38,660 bases of DNA from IMG/VR virus record IMGVR_UViG_3300037361_000007, positions 1 to 38,660 of that record, one strand, 5' to 3'. A model generated the notes under the pieces. The model searched no databases, had not been told where the DNA came from, and was given only the letters and a program-made list of their open reading frames with translations. This DNA comes from a virus. Its lineage: Duplodnaviria > Caudoviricetes. The translations under genes and the position numbers were made by a program. Shown here in pieces: positions 18,094 through 25,694 of the stretch. Each line of letters starts with the position of its first letter. The first letter of the stretch is position 1.

Positions 18094-18345
18094 ATGACCA
18101 ACTATGATCTTTCTCGTAAGCTCCTTGCCATCGCGCAAAGCACCGACACCGATAAAGAAAAGAAGATCAACAATTTAATCGTATTGCACGAGTGCGAGAT
18201 AGTGCAGCAATCCGCCGATCTTATTTTACAGGCCAACAAGATTATAGCTAAGGATTGCCATTGTCCTAGAGCAAGGTACGAAGGATGGAAGAAACAAGTT
18301 ACGGACTATTTCGGTAAGTATGGTAATATGGAGGGCAAGGAATAA
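18094..18345 (+). CDS. hypothetical protein
   Basis: Start moved to ATG 18094 to avoid overlap with the previous gene. Confidence 0.65.
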   Translation: MTNYDLSRKLLAIAQSTDTDKEKKINNLIVLHECEIVQQSADLILQANKIIAKDCHCPRARYEGWKKQVTDYFGKYGNMEGKE

Positions 18346-18497
18346 TGATTCCTAGTTATGATGATCTTGTAAAGATTGCTAAGGGGCTTGCGTTTAAGGC
18401 GGCTTGTACGCTAGACTGCAATAAGTGCGATTGGCAGAAGAGAAAAGAAGATTGCCGAGAGTTGGCAAAAAAGGAGATCGAGAATGGCAGACGGTAG
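18345..18497 (+). CDS. small Cys-containing hypothetical protein (50 aa)
   Basis: TAATG overlap; MIPSYDDLVKIAKG... Confidence 0.55.
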   Translation: MIPSYDDLVKIAKGLAFKAACTLDCNKCDWQKRKEDCRELAKKEIENGRR

Positions 18498-18738
18498 TGA
18501 TGTTGCGGCTGTAATTGTGGCGGGGATTGTACTTTTCTTTCTTGTGTTTGTGGCGGCTGTTTTTGCGGGGACTATTGTTTGGCTTATTTGGCCGGTTGCG
18601 ATTCCAGCTGTGTTCCCTGGGTTGGTTGCGAGTGGCGCGGTAGCCGGAAAGATTTCGTGGTGGGTGGCTGTTTGTTTTTCGTGGCTTTGCGGTTTGCTCT
18701 TGAAGGCAAGCCAGACTAATACAACGAAAAAGAACTAA
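18484..18738 (+). CDS. membrane protein
   Basis: AAGGAG SD; long hydrophobic segments. Confidence 0.75.
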   Translation: MADGSDVAAVIVAGIVLFFLVFVAAVFAGTIVWLIWPVAIPAVFPGLVASGAVAGKISWWVAVCFSWLCGLLLKASQTNTTKKN

Positions 18739-18787
18739 TTATTAAGGCGGTGGTATCGTGATGGTATCACGGCCTAAGGGGTTTTTA

Positions 18788-19102
18788 ATGGACAAGAAGA
18801 AGTTTACCGAATGTATTAACGATATAAAGGCCTTCAATTCCGAGCTTGACTCATTGAATGACCATCTCAAGGCGATAGCTCCCTGCGCTGTTTGTGAAAT
18901 TGGCGGGCATTTCCTTGACTCTTATACGAGTTTGCTTTCATAGTCTGTCGGTGATGGTGATGATTGGGTGAGTTGGTTTGTATGGGATAATGAGTTCGAC
19001 AAGAAAAGGCTAGGGGCTGGAATCGATGGGAAGACAAAGAAAATTAAGACCATTGACGATTTGTGGAATCTGATACAGGAGAGTAAAGAAAATGGCAATT
19101 GA
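18788..19102 (+). pseudogene. hypothetical gene interrupted by an in-frame TAG (18941-43)
   Basis: The frame stays open for 52 codons after the TAG (SVGDGDDWVSWFVWDNEF...IKTIDDLWNLI) and overlaps the next gene's start. Confidence 0.65.
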
Positions 19103-19685
19103 TATCACCTTTAACGAAGTCTATGGTTTCAAGACCGCGCTCAGGGCCTTGCGTCGCCCGATGAATAAAGAGCGAGATGAGAGTCTAGGCGATACTCCTA
19201 CCGAAGATGATTTGCGCCTCATGGTTCAACTCGCAAAGCGTGGGGACGATCATGCAAAGTTTATGCGAATGATCGGGGCGGGAATAACCGTCAAGGCCCC
19301 GCGCTATTTTTGGCTTGAGCTAGATACCTACAAGTTGGGCCGATTTGATCTCGATGAAGAGCATTGCAGCGAATCGACCATGCACAGAAAAATAAGTGAG
19401 CCGTTTATGGTCGAGGATTTTGATAACAGTGACATTCCATCGCCATACCTGGGCCAATTGAATGGAGTTAGGGAATTAGTCGCTAATGGTACATGTTCGC
19501 TAGAAGGGTTGAAGGCGATGATTCCCGAAGGTTTTTTGCAGACTCGTGATATGCTATTGAACTATCAGGCTATGCGCCGAATCTATCACGCAAGAAAAAA
19601 TCATGCCCTTAGTCAATGGCGCGAGTTTTGCGCGTGGATGGTTGATAACGTTCCATATTCACAGTTGATAACAGAAGGCAATTAG
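19092..19685 (+). CDS. divergent ThyX-like protein
   Basis: DDHAKFMRMI, APRYFW.ELDTYK, SESTMH, IPEGFLQTR, RKNHAL..W..FC; canonical RHRx7SxR motif absent. Confidence 0.6.
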   Translation: MAIDITFNEVYGFKTALRALRRPMNKERDESLGDTPTEDDLRLMVQLAKRGDDHAKFMRMIGAGITVKAPRYFWLELDTYKLGRFDLDEEHCSESTMHRKISEPFMVEDFDNSDIPSPYLGQLNGVRELVANGTCSLEGLKAMIPEGFLQTRDMLLNYQAMRRIYHARKNHALSQWREFCAWMVDNVPYSQLITEGN

Positions 19686-20089
19686 TGAGTGATGTAAAGC
19701 CTCTTTCCAAGTCGGCCTATGCTAAAAAGCTCGCCCGTGCAATTCGCAAGGCTGATAGATGGTTTAACAAATACATAGTCTTGCGTGATAAGAAGTGCGT
19801 GATTTGTGGCTCGGAAGAGAACGGCCAATGTTCGCACTACTACGGGAAAAAGGCTTGTCCTGAATTGCGATATGATCTTGATAACGCACATAGGATGTGT
19901 AGCGCTTGCCATTTGAGGCATCATAAGTTTGATGACCAAATGTATAGCAATTGGATGCGCCATACTTATTCCGAGCGCAAACTAGACCGACTTGAAGAGG
20001 CTTCGAAAATGCGAGAAGATAGGCCAATTGAGTATTATGAGGGAATTGAAAAGAAATACAAGGAGCTGGTCGAGCGCATGGGGGATTGA
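19685..20089 (+). CDS. NinG/Rap-like recombination endonuclease
   Basis: AD.WFN.YI..RD..CVICG...CSHY...LRYD..NAH..C.AC. Confidence 0.8.
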   Translation: MSDVKPLSKSAYAKKLARAIRKADRWFNKYIVLRDKKCVICGSEENGQCSHYYGKKACPELRYDLDNAHRMCSACHLRHHKFDDQMYSNWMRHTYSERKLDRLEEASKMREDRPIEYYEGIEKKYKELVERMGD

Positions 20090-20139
20090 CGAAACATCAC
20101 GAAAGATCATTGTATTAATTAGAGCAAAAGGAGAAGCCA

Positions 20140-20310
20140 ATGTGCAATGTGCCGAAACTGTATGCCGATGAGCTCTGCGTCTTGAAGGGGACTACGGACG
20201 ACCTGCTAGGGAGGTGGCAAGAGGATGACGTAGAGATTGACTTTGATGTTATGGATGCGGTCGGGAAGTTGAACACGGCAATCAATGCCGCTTATTTTAC
20301 CTGTAAGTAG
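20140..20310 (+). CDS. hypothetical protein (56 aa)
   Basis: AAGGAG SD; MCNVPKLYADEL... Confidence 0.55.
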   Translation: MCNVPKLYADELCVLKGTTDDLLGRWQEDDVEIDFDVMDAVGKLNTAINAAYFTCK

Positions 20311-20318
20311 AAAGCAGA

Positions 20319-20510
20319 ATGAAAACAGAGTTTGAGCCAGGTGACATTGTTATGCTAAAGAGCGGCGGCCCGATGATGACAGTTGGGCGCACCGAGGACG
20401 ATGAAGTATATTGCATCTATTTTACGCCTACGGGTATCGATGGTCTTTATATGGCGGATGCACACCGGGATAGCTTCAATAAGGATGCCATTGTTGGTCT
20501 TGAGGACTAA
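20319..20510 (+). CDS. DUF2158/YodC-family protein
   Basis: F.PGDIV.LKSGGP.MTV...V.C.YF. Confidence 0.85.
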   Translation: MKTEFEPGDIVMLKSGGPMMTVGRTEDDEVYCIYFTPTGIDGLYMADAHRDSFNKDAIVGLED

Positions 20511-20578
20511 CTAAAAGGAGTAAATACCCGGTAGTTGCAAGGCTATCGGGCTTGCTAAAATCTTATACTAGCTAGTTT

Positions 20579-20616
20579 TACTTCAATTTTTTAGGCAATC
20601 TTACTATATATTATAT
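20579..20616 (+). promoter_or_regulatory. repeated motif copy 3
   Basis: TACTTCAATTTTTTAGGCAATCTTACTATATATTATAT, preceded by a GNRA hairpin at 20527-20550. Confidence 0.75.
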
Positions 20617-20621
20617 AGGGA

Positions 20622-21059
20622 GTGAAAAAGAAAATGGATTATTCAAACCGGATTACTCCAGAGAATATATCGCTTCTAAAGCCGAATGAGGTCTTTGTTT
20701 ACGGCAGCAATCTTGCCGGGAAGAATAATCTCGGAACTGCCAAAGTGGCTAGCGATCTATTCGGCGCAAGGTATGGCCAATTTTACGGACAGCACGGACA
20801 ATCATTTGCAATCCCAACCAAGGATAAAAATGTACGCTACGCCCTCCCCATTGAAAAGATAAAGCATTACGTGGACAAGTTTATCAATGAGGCCAGGGCG
20901 AACAAGGGCAAGACGTATTATGTTACTGCAATTGGTACGGGATTATCTGGCTACAAGCCCCGCGAGATTGCCCCACTGTTCAAGGATTGCGTGAAGATGG
21001 ATAATGTATATCTACCGGAATGCTTTTGGGAAGCGCTAGAAGGAGAGGGCAATGAGTGA
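20622..21059 (+). CDS. A1S_2505-family (macro-fold-like) phage protein
   Basis: EVFVYGSNLAG, GQSFAIPT, VTAIGTGLSGY...EIAPLF, NVYLP..FW. Confidence 0.8.
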   Translation: MKKKMDYSNRITPENISLLKPNEVFVYGSNLAGKNNLGTAKVASDLFGARYGQFYGQHGQSFAIPTKDKNVRYALPIEKIKHYVDKFINEARANKGKTYYVTAIGTGLSGYKPREIAPLFKDCVKMDNVYLPECFWEALEGEGNE

Positions 21060-21645
21060 CAACGAAGTAAGCCTAATGAGTATTAAGGACGTTTCCGGCA
21101 TTCTAGGTGTAGACCCGGAAGCGATAAAAAAACATGTAAGGGAAATGTATCCCGATCTTATGAAAAATGGAGTTACTACATACCTAGACGAGAAGCAGGT
21201 AACTGAAATAAAAAAGCATATGCTACCTACAACCGAAGTTGTAGGTTCGGTAACTAGCCTTGAGATGAAAGAAAAGACTCTTGAAGTTATTTCATGGCTC
21301 ACTCAAAGCATAATTCAGGAAAGGGTATTGAGACAAAAGGCCGAGGGAGAAGTTAAGATGCTTGTCCACGACTTTAACAAGGAATACACTACTACTGAAA
21401 TTGCAAAGGAGCTTCACCTTAGATCGGCGCGAGAGCTTAATGATAAATTGAGCGAAATGAAGATACAGTTCAAGCAGAATGGAACATGGGTACTTTATTC
21501 GGATTATTCCGGGGAGCACTATACCAGTATCAAGAATACCGTTCTCGATTCTGGTAAGGTTGTTTATGACAGGCTCTGTACGGGCTTGGGTAGAAAGTTT
21601 ATTATCGGTCTATTCGGGGTAGAGGCTAAAGATAATGTCAATTGA
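21052..21645 (+). CDS. antirepressor-like protein (HTH plus KilAC-like domain)
   Basis: C-terminal half is paralogous to 11545..12249 (YTTTEIAKEL..RSA.ELN..L....IQ.K...W.L.S.YSG). Confidence 0.75.
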   Translation: MSDNEVSLMSIKDVSGILGVDPEAIKKHVREMYPDLMKNGVTTYLDEKQVTEIKKHMLPTTEVVGSVTSLEMKEKTLEVISWLTQSIIQERVLRQKAEGEVKMLVHDFNKEYTTTEIAKELHLRSARELNDKLSEMKIQFKQNGTWVLYSDYSGEHYTSIKNTVLDSGKVVYDRLCTGLGRKFIIGLFGVEAKDNVN

Positions 21646-21790
21646 TACTATCATAGAATCCCTAGAGGAAGAAATAAGTAGAATAGAAAGGCAGTCACTT
21701 TGTAGCCGTTCGCCCGACTACTGGAATGGAGAGATAGCGGGTATTAGGAAGGCGATCAAGCTAATCAAAGAAAGCGAGGCCCCGAAATGA
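21635..21790 (+). CDS. hypothetical protein (51 aa)
   Basis: Overlaps its neighbours at both ends; GAGG SD. Confidence 0.55.
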   Translation: MSIDTIIESLEEEISRIERQSLCSRSPDYWNGEIAGIRKAIKLIKESEAPK

Positions 21791-22035
21791 CAACTTCATA
21801 CGCTCGTGGGCATAAGATAGTCTATGATGGAAATAACTGGTACTATGCCGATACTATGGAGATTTTCGACGATTCGAGGCCATGCAATAAATGTGGTCGA
21901 TACCCGGATAGCAAGGGGTATGATGCTTGTCTGGGATATGTGAAAGGGGCTACTTCAGCGTGTTGTGGGCATGGTGCCGAGCCTGGGTATGTTGTTAGGA
22001 ATGGAAAGAGGGATGTAATAAATGAACAAGGGTGA
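21787..22035 (+). CDS. Cys/His-rich hypothetical protein
   Basis: RGH...W.Y.DT...RPC..CG...DACLG...ACCGHG. Confidence 0.75.
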   Translation: MTTSYARGHKIVYDGNNWYYADTMEIFDDSRPCNKCGRYPDSKGYDACLGYVKGATSACCGHGAEPGYVVRNGKRDVINEQG

Positions 22036-22201
22036 TAAGTTGAATCTGTATGATAAGTTTCTATGGTACAATATTTTTAAGCTCATGAAGCGAATGGGCT
22101 TTATTTACTCGGACATTAAATGTGACAATAAGGATATGGTCGAGGCGTTGACGTTTAGTAACAATGCAGAATATATTGACAGGGTAGGTAAGATCGAATG
22201 A
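22022..22201 (+). CDS. hypothetical protein (59 aa)
   Basis: GAGG SD; fills the gap between genes. Confidence 0.5.
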   Translation: MNKGDKLNLYDKFLWYNIFKLMKRMGFIYSDIKCDNKDMVEALTFSNNAEYIDRVGKIE

Positions 22202-22324
22202 TTGACGAGTTTCGCCTTGAAGCTCTTGGCTTAATTTATATGCGGCATGATATGAGTAAACCAGAATGGGCTCAATGGGTAAAAGCCTATAATGAGCATA
22301 TAGATAAGATCATGGAGGGAAGTA

Positions 22325-22585
22325 ATGTCAAATGAGTGGCAGGATATAAAGAAAAGTAAACCCGCTGAAAATCAACCTGTCTGGTACTATTTCGAGGTAT
22401 TTGATAAGGTCTATGATGGGTACTATAGCCGGGAAGATGTAAGCGATCTTTACAATAAGCCAGCCGGGACATACTATACCGATTGTTTTTCTGGACGTCA
22501 TGGTTGGCTATGTGATGATGTTGACTATTGGATGCCTAGGGAAGAGGGACAAGAAAAGCCTAAGTTTGTACCTGTGGTTGTCTAA
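22325..22585 (+). CDS. DUF551-like protein
   Basis: M.NEW..I....P ... V.YWMP....P. Confidence 0.65.
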   Translation: MSNEWQDIKKSKPAENQPVWYYFEVFDKVYDGYYSREDVSDLYNKPAGTYYTDCFSGRHGWLCDDVDYWMPREEGQEKPKFVPVVV

Positions 22586-22833
22586 TGAGTAAGGCTTTTG
22601 ACTCAATAATGCGTGGATTAAGGGAGGTAAAGGCAATGCAGGAACCGAAATACGGGGAATGGGTAAGCGTAAGGGATATGTTGCCGGATGGCTGTGGTCT
22701 TGTATTAGTTATGATGTGGTGCGGAACGTTTGGATTTGCTAATTATAATTACGGGAAGTGGTTTGATGGTTCCGGCTCTATTATAGATCCTACTTACTGG
22801 ATGCCCCTTCCCGAACCGCCCCAAGAGGTCTAG
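22585..22833 (+). CDS. DUF551-family protein
   Basis: EWVSVRDMLP ... TYWMPLPEPP. Confidence 0.8.
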   Translation: MSKAFDSIMRGLREVKAMQEPKYGEWVSVRDMLPDGCGLVLVMMWCGTFGFANYNYGKWFDGSGSIIDPTYWMPLPEPPQEV

Positions 22834-22836
22834 CTT

Positions 22837-23154
22837 ATGATTCATCCAGATAAGTACTTAGACGAGATAGGGAATATACAGGTTATTTCGATATCCGGCG
22901 AACTTGTTATGTATTATGACAAGTACCCGGATAAACTGGCAGAGAAACTAGAAGACGAAAAGCACCACGATATATGGATTAACGCGGGGCTAGCCAATAA
23001 GAATATAACCTGTGCAACTGCATGTATATTCGATAAGTCCACGGAGCGGTATAGCGATACTTCTATCTATAAGGATGATTTGCGGTCTTCTAAGGGGTAT
23101 TATTTCAAGAAGAGCGGGAAGAGATATAGGTTCAATATAGATATTACTAACTAG
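22837..23154 (+). CDS. hypothetical protein
   Basis: GAGG SD; tight packing. Confidence 0.65.
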   Translation: MIHPDKYLDEIGNIQVISISGELVMYYDKYPDKLAEKLEDEKHHDIWINAGLANKNITCATACIFDKSTERYSDTSIYKDDLRSSKGYYFKKSGKRYRFNIDITN

Positions 23155-23241
23155 AAAGGAATAAATTATGAGTGGCGAAGTAAAAACAGAAGATATGAGA
23201 AGATATATACCGATCGGTATAGAAAACGAGGGAAAAACAAG

Positions 23242-23709
23242 ATGAACGAGAACAGTTTGAAGAATCTAAGACCTTTTGACTCTACTCACCAACCTGAGAA
23301 GAACGGACGAAAGCCATCTGCATTAAACGCATTTATTCGTGATAGCGGTATATCGATAGACGATGTTCGCAGAGTAATGAAAAATGTAATATTTGAAAAG
23401 AATCAAGACGAGCTACAAGCGCTATTGACCGACAAGGCCCAGCCCATGCTAATACGGCTTTTAGTCAAGGCTTTTTTGACCGACTTCTCCAATGGAAGGC
23501 TAGACAATATTGAAAAGTTGCTTGATAGAATATACGGCAAGTCTACGCAATCGGTAGAAGTTACCGATAAAACGCCGACTCACGTGGATTCGTCTTTAGT
23601 ACCGGATGATATAATGCAAAAGATAATGGATAAGTATATTGACGAGATTGATGACAAGGAAACAATAAAGAAGGAAAATAATGGGCAAGACAATAGCGAT
23701 AAGATGTAG
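23242..23709 (+). CDS. putative terminase small subunit (DUF5681-like N-terminus)
   Basis: N..SL.NL.PF...NGRKP and LLDRI.GK..Q.VE motifs; upstream of TerL. Confidence 0.65.
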   Translation: MNENSLKNLRPFDSTHQPEKNGRKPSALNAFIRDSGISIDDVRRVMKNVIFEKNQDELQALLTDKAQPMLIRLLVKAFLTDFSNGRLDNIEKLLDRIYGKSTQSVEVTDKTPTHVDSSLVPDDIMQKIMDKYIDEIDDKETIKKENNGQDNSDKM

Positions 23710-24253
23710 CGGCGCTGATACTATTCCGATAGATGATCTAAAAGTGTTTCAGGGCAATATAAAGAAACTATCTAATAAGAATCTATCGAATCTAAAATTA
23801 CGGATTGTTACCGATGGATTTATTGCCCCTATTTTTATATGGGATAACGGCGAGAACAAAATGATATTAGACGGGCATCAGAGATTGTCCGCTCTGGTTT
23901 CATTACAGCGCGATGGATGGGATATCCCATCCATTCCCGTAGTTTACGTTGAAGCTAGCGACGAGGAAGAGGCAAGACGGATGCTTTTATCTATAGCCTC
24001 TCAATATGGAGAATGGCAAAAGGACGAGCTAGATATATGGTTAAATGATATAGACGCTTCTATTGTCGAGACGTTGCGGCTTGTAGATGAAAGCATTCTT
24101 GAAAACAAGGATGATAAGGATCAAAAAACCAAGACGATAAACTATGATAGTAAGATTGAACTTATAGTTACTCTACAGAATGAAGTGGAAGCCGAGGACT
24201 TGTATACTGAACTAACGGGGAGAGCAATGGTATGTCGCATTTCGACACTTTAG
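23681..24253 (+). CDS. ParB/Srx-domain protein
   Basis: GFIAPIFIW...ILDGHQRL.AL...IPVV...GEW. Confidence 0.85.
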   Translation: MGKTIAIRCSGADTIPIDDLKVFQGNIKKLSNKNLSNLKLRIVTDGFIAPIFIWDNGENKMILDGHQRLSALVSLQRDGWDIPSIPVVYVEASDEEEARRMLLSIASQYGEWQKDELDIWLNDIDASIVETLRLVDESILENKDDKDQKTKTINYDSKIELIVTLQNEVEAEDLYTELTGRAMVCRISTL

Positions 24254-24262
24254 GGGGTTGCT

Positions 24263-25342
24263 ATGCAATTCGATATTGTAAGACATAATGAGATAGGCAC
24301 AAAGTCTTTTCGCGTCGCTCAATTATACGATCAATTCGATCTTAATGAAAACAAGTTTGACGAACGATTTACGGGAGACATTACGCCGCCTGATTCTTGG
24401 AATATCGGAGTTATTGTCGGTAAGTCGGGAACAGGAAAGACTACAATAGCGCGAGAGCTATTTGGGGAATACTTTGCGAACTTTGATTATTCAGCTGCAT
24501 GCGTGGTAGATGATTTTGACAAAAGCATTCCAAGTACAGAGCTTTTTGGGGTTCTGTCGTCCGTTGGTTTTTCCTCACCGCCTTCTTGGTTGAAGCCCTA
24601 TAGCGTTCTTTCCAACGGTGAGAAAATGCGCGTCGATCTTGCGCGAGCAATTTTGCAAGATCAAGAGATAATAATTTTTGACGAATATACTTCGGTGGTA
24701 GACAGGGAAGTAGCACAGATAGGAAGCTTGGCGCTACAAAAAAGCGTCCGACGATCAAATAAAAAGTTTATAGCTGTTACTTGTCATTATGATGTTATTG
24801 AATGGCTGGAACCGGACTGGGTATTTAATACCGATACGATGAAAATGCAGATAACAAGGGGGTCGGTTCGTCGTCCTGAAATCAAGCTCGAAGTACGAGA
24901 GATTAAAGGATACTGGGAAATGTTTAGGCGTTATCATTATTTAAGCCATGATCTTAGCAGGGCGGCGCGGGAGTTTGTAGCGTTTATCGGAGAGAGCCCG
25001 GTAGGATTCTGCGCGTATATTAACTTCCCTCACAATAAATATCACATGGCGCATGGGCATAGATTAGTTGTATTACCCGATTATCAAGGGTTGGGAATAG
25101 CTAAAAAACTAAACGATATAGTCGCGCGAGAAATGAGTCAAACATATGAGTATGTCGGGTTTTCTACAAGTGTAAAAAGTTTCGCGCAATCAATGATGCA
25201 CAATAAAGACTGGGAATTGCAGAGAGCGGGCAGGGCGTCTCTTAATGGCAATCTAAAAAGTTTAAACAAAAGCTCTAGCAGAAATCGAAACACATACGCA
25301 TTCCGGTACGTCCCAAAACGAAAGGGCGCCTCTAATGTCTAA
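24263..25342 (+). CDS. ABC-type ATPase fused to a GNAT (Mom-like) acetyltransferase
   Basis: GKSGTGKT, signature LSNGE, IFDEYTSVVD, VTCH; then HYL and the acetyl-CoA motif RLVVLPDYQGLGIA. Confidence 0.88.
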   Translation: MQFDIVRHNEIGTKSFRVAQLYDQFDLNENKFDERFTGDITPPDSWNIGVIVGKSGTGKTTIARELFGEYFANFDYSAACVVDDFDKSIPSTELFGVLSSVGFSSPPSWLKPYSVLSNGEKMRVDLARAILQDQEIIIFDEYTSVVDREVAQIGSLALQKSVRRSNKKFIAVTCHYDVIEWLEPDWVFNTDTMKMQITRGSVRRPEIKLEVREIKGYWEMFRRYHYLSHDLSRAAREFVAFIGESPVGFCAYINFPHNKYHMAHGHRLVVLPDYQGLGIAKKLNDIVAREMSQTYEYVGFSTSVKSFAQSMMHNKDWELQRAGRASLNGNLKSLNKSSSRNRNTYAFRYVPKRKGASNV

Positions 25343-25633
25343 AATGGGGTGGGCAAATAATTCAGGGTCACGGAGAACCCAATGCCAATATCCGGGCATC
25401 GCCCACTCGCTGGGGCTATTTTGTATGCAGTCTACTATCTCGACAGAGCCGATGATTGCAGAGCATGGGGATAGACAGTCAACGCTCGGGACAAAATCGC
25501 GTTTGTCAAAACTAGCCGCAGAATGTACTACTATTCGACCCCTGAAATTAGTGCGCCATGATCGGTTTTCAACGTCTTTCCGCCCTGAACATATAAGATA
25601 TGCCCATGGGTTTTTGATTGTTATTGCTTTCAT
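25262..25633 (-). CDS. ASCH-domain protein (ASC-1-like subfamily)
   Basis: MKAITIKNPWA.LI..G.K.VENR.W....RG...VH, AIIG.V...DC, GAL.FW. Confidence 0.9.
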   Translation of the reverse strand: MKAITIKNPWAYLICSGRKDVENRSWRTNFRGRIVVHSAASFDKRDFVPSVDCLSPCSAIIGSVEIVDCIQNSPSEWAMPGYWHWVLRDPELFAHPILDIRGALSFWDVPECVCVSISARAFV

Positions 25634-25639
25634 ACGCTT

Positions 25640-25668
25640 ATTTTAGTCATTATATAGAGATATGTCAA
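25640..25668 (-). promoter_or_regulatory. sigma70-type promoter for the ASCH gene (probably leaderless)
   Basis: Minus strand TTGACA (25668-63), 17-bp spacer, TAAAAT (25645-40). The ATG begins 7 nt after the -10 box and there is no SD. Confidence 0.75.
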
Positions 25669-25694
25669 GAGCAAGGGAGAATAATAATAAATAA

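Noticed and set aside
24263-25342. ABC transporter
   Set aside because: There is no permease or binding-protein gene, and the ATPase is fused to a GNAT domain.
25335-25646. Plus-strand 103-aa ORF
   Set aside because: It is the antisense shadow of the well-formed ASCH gene and has no recognisable motifs.
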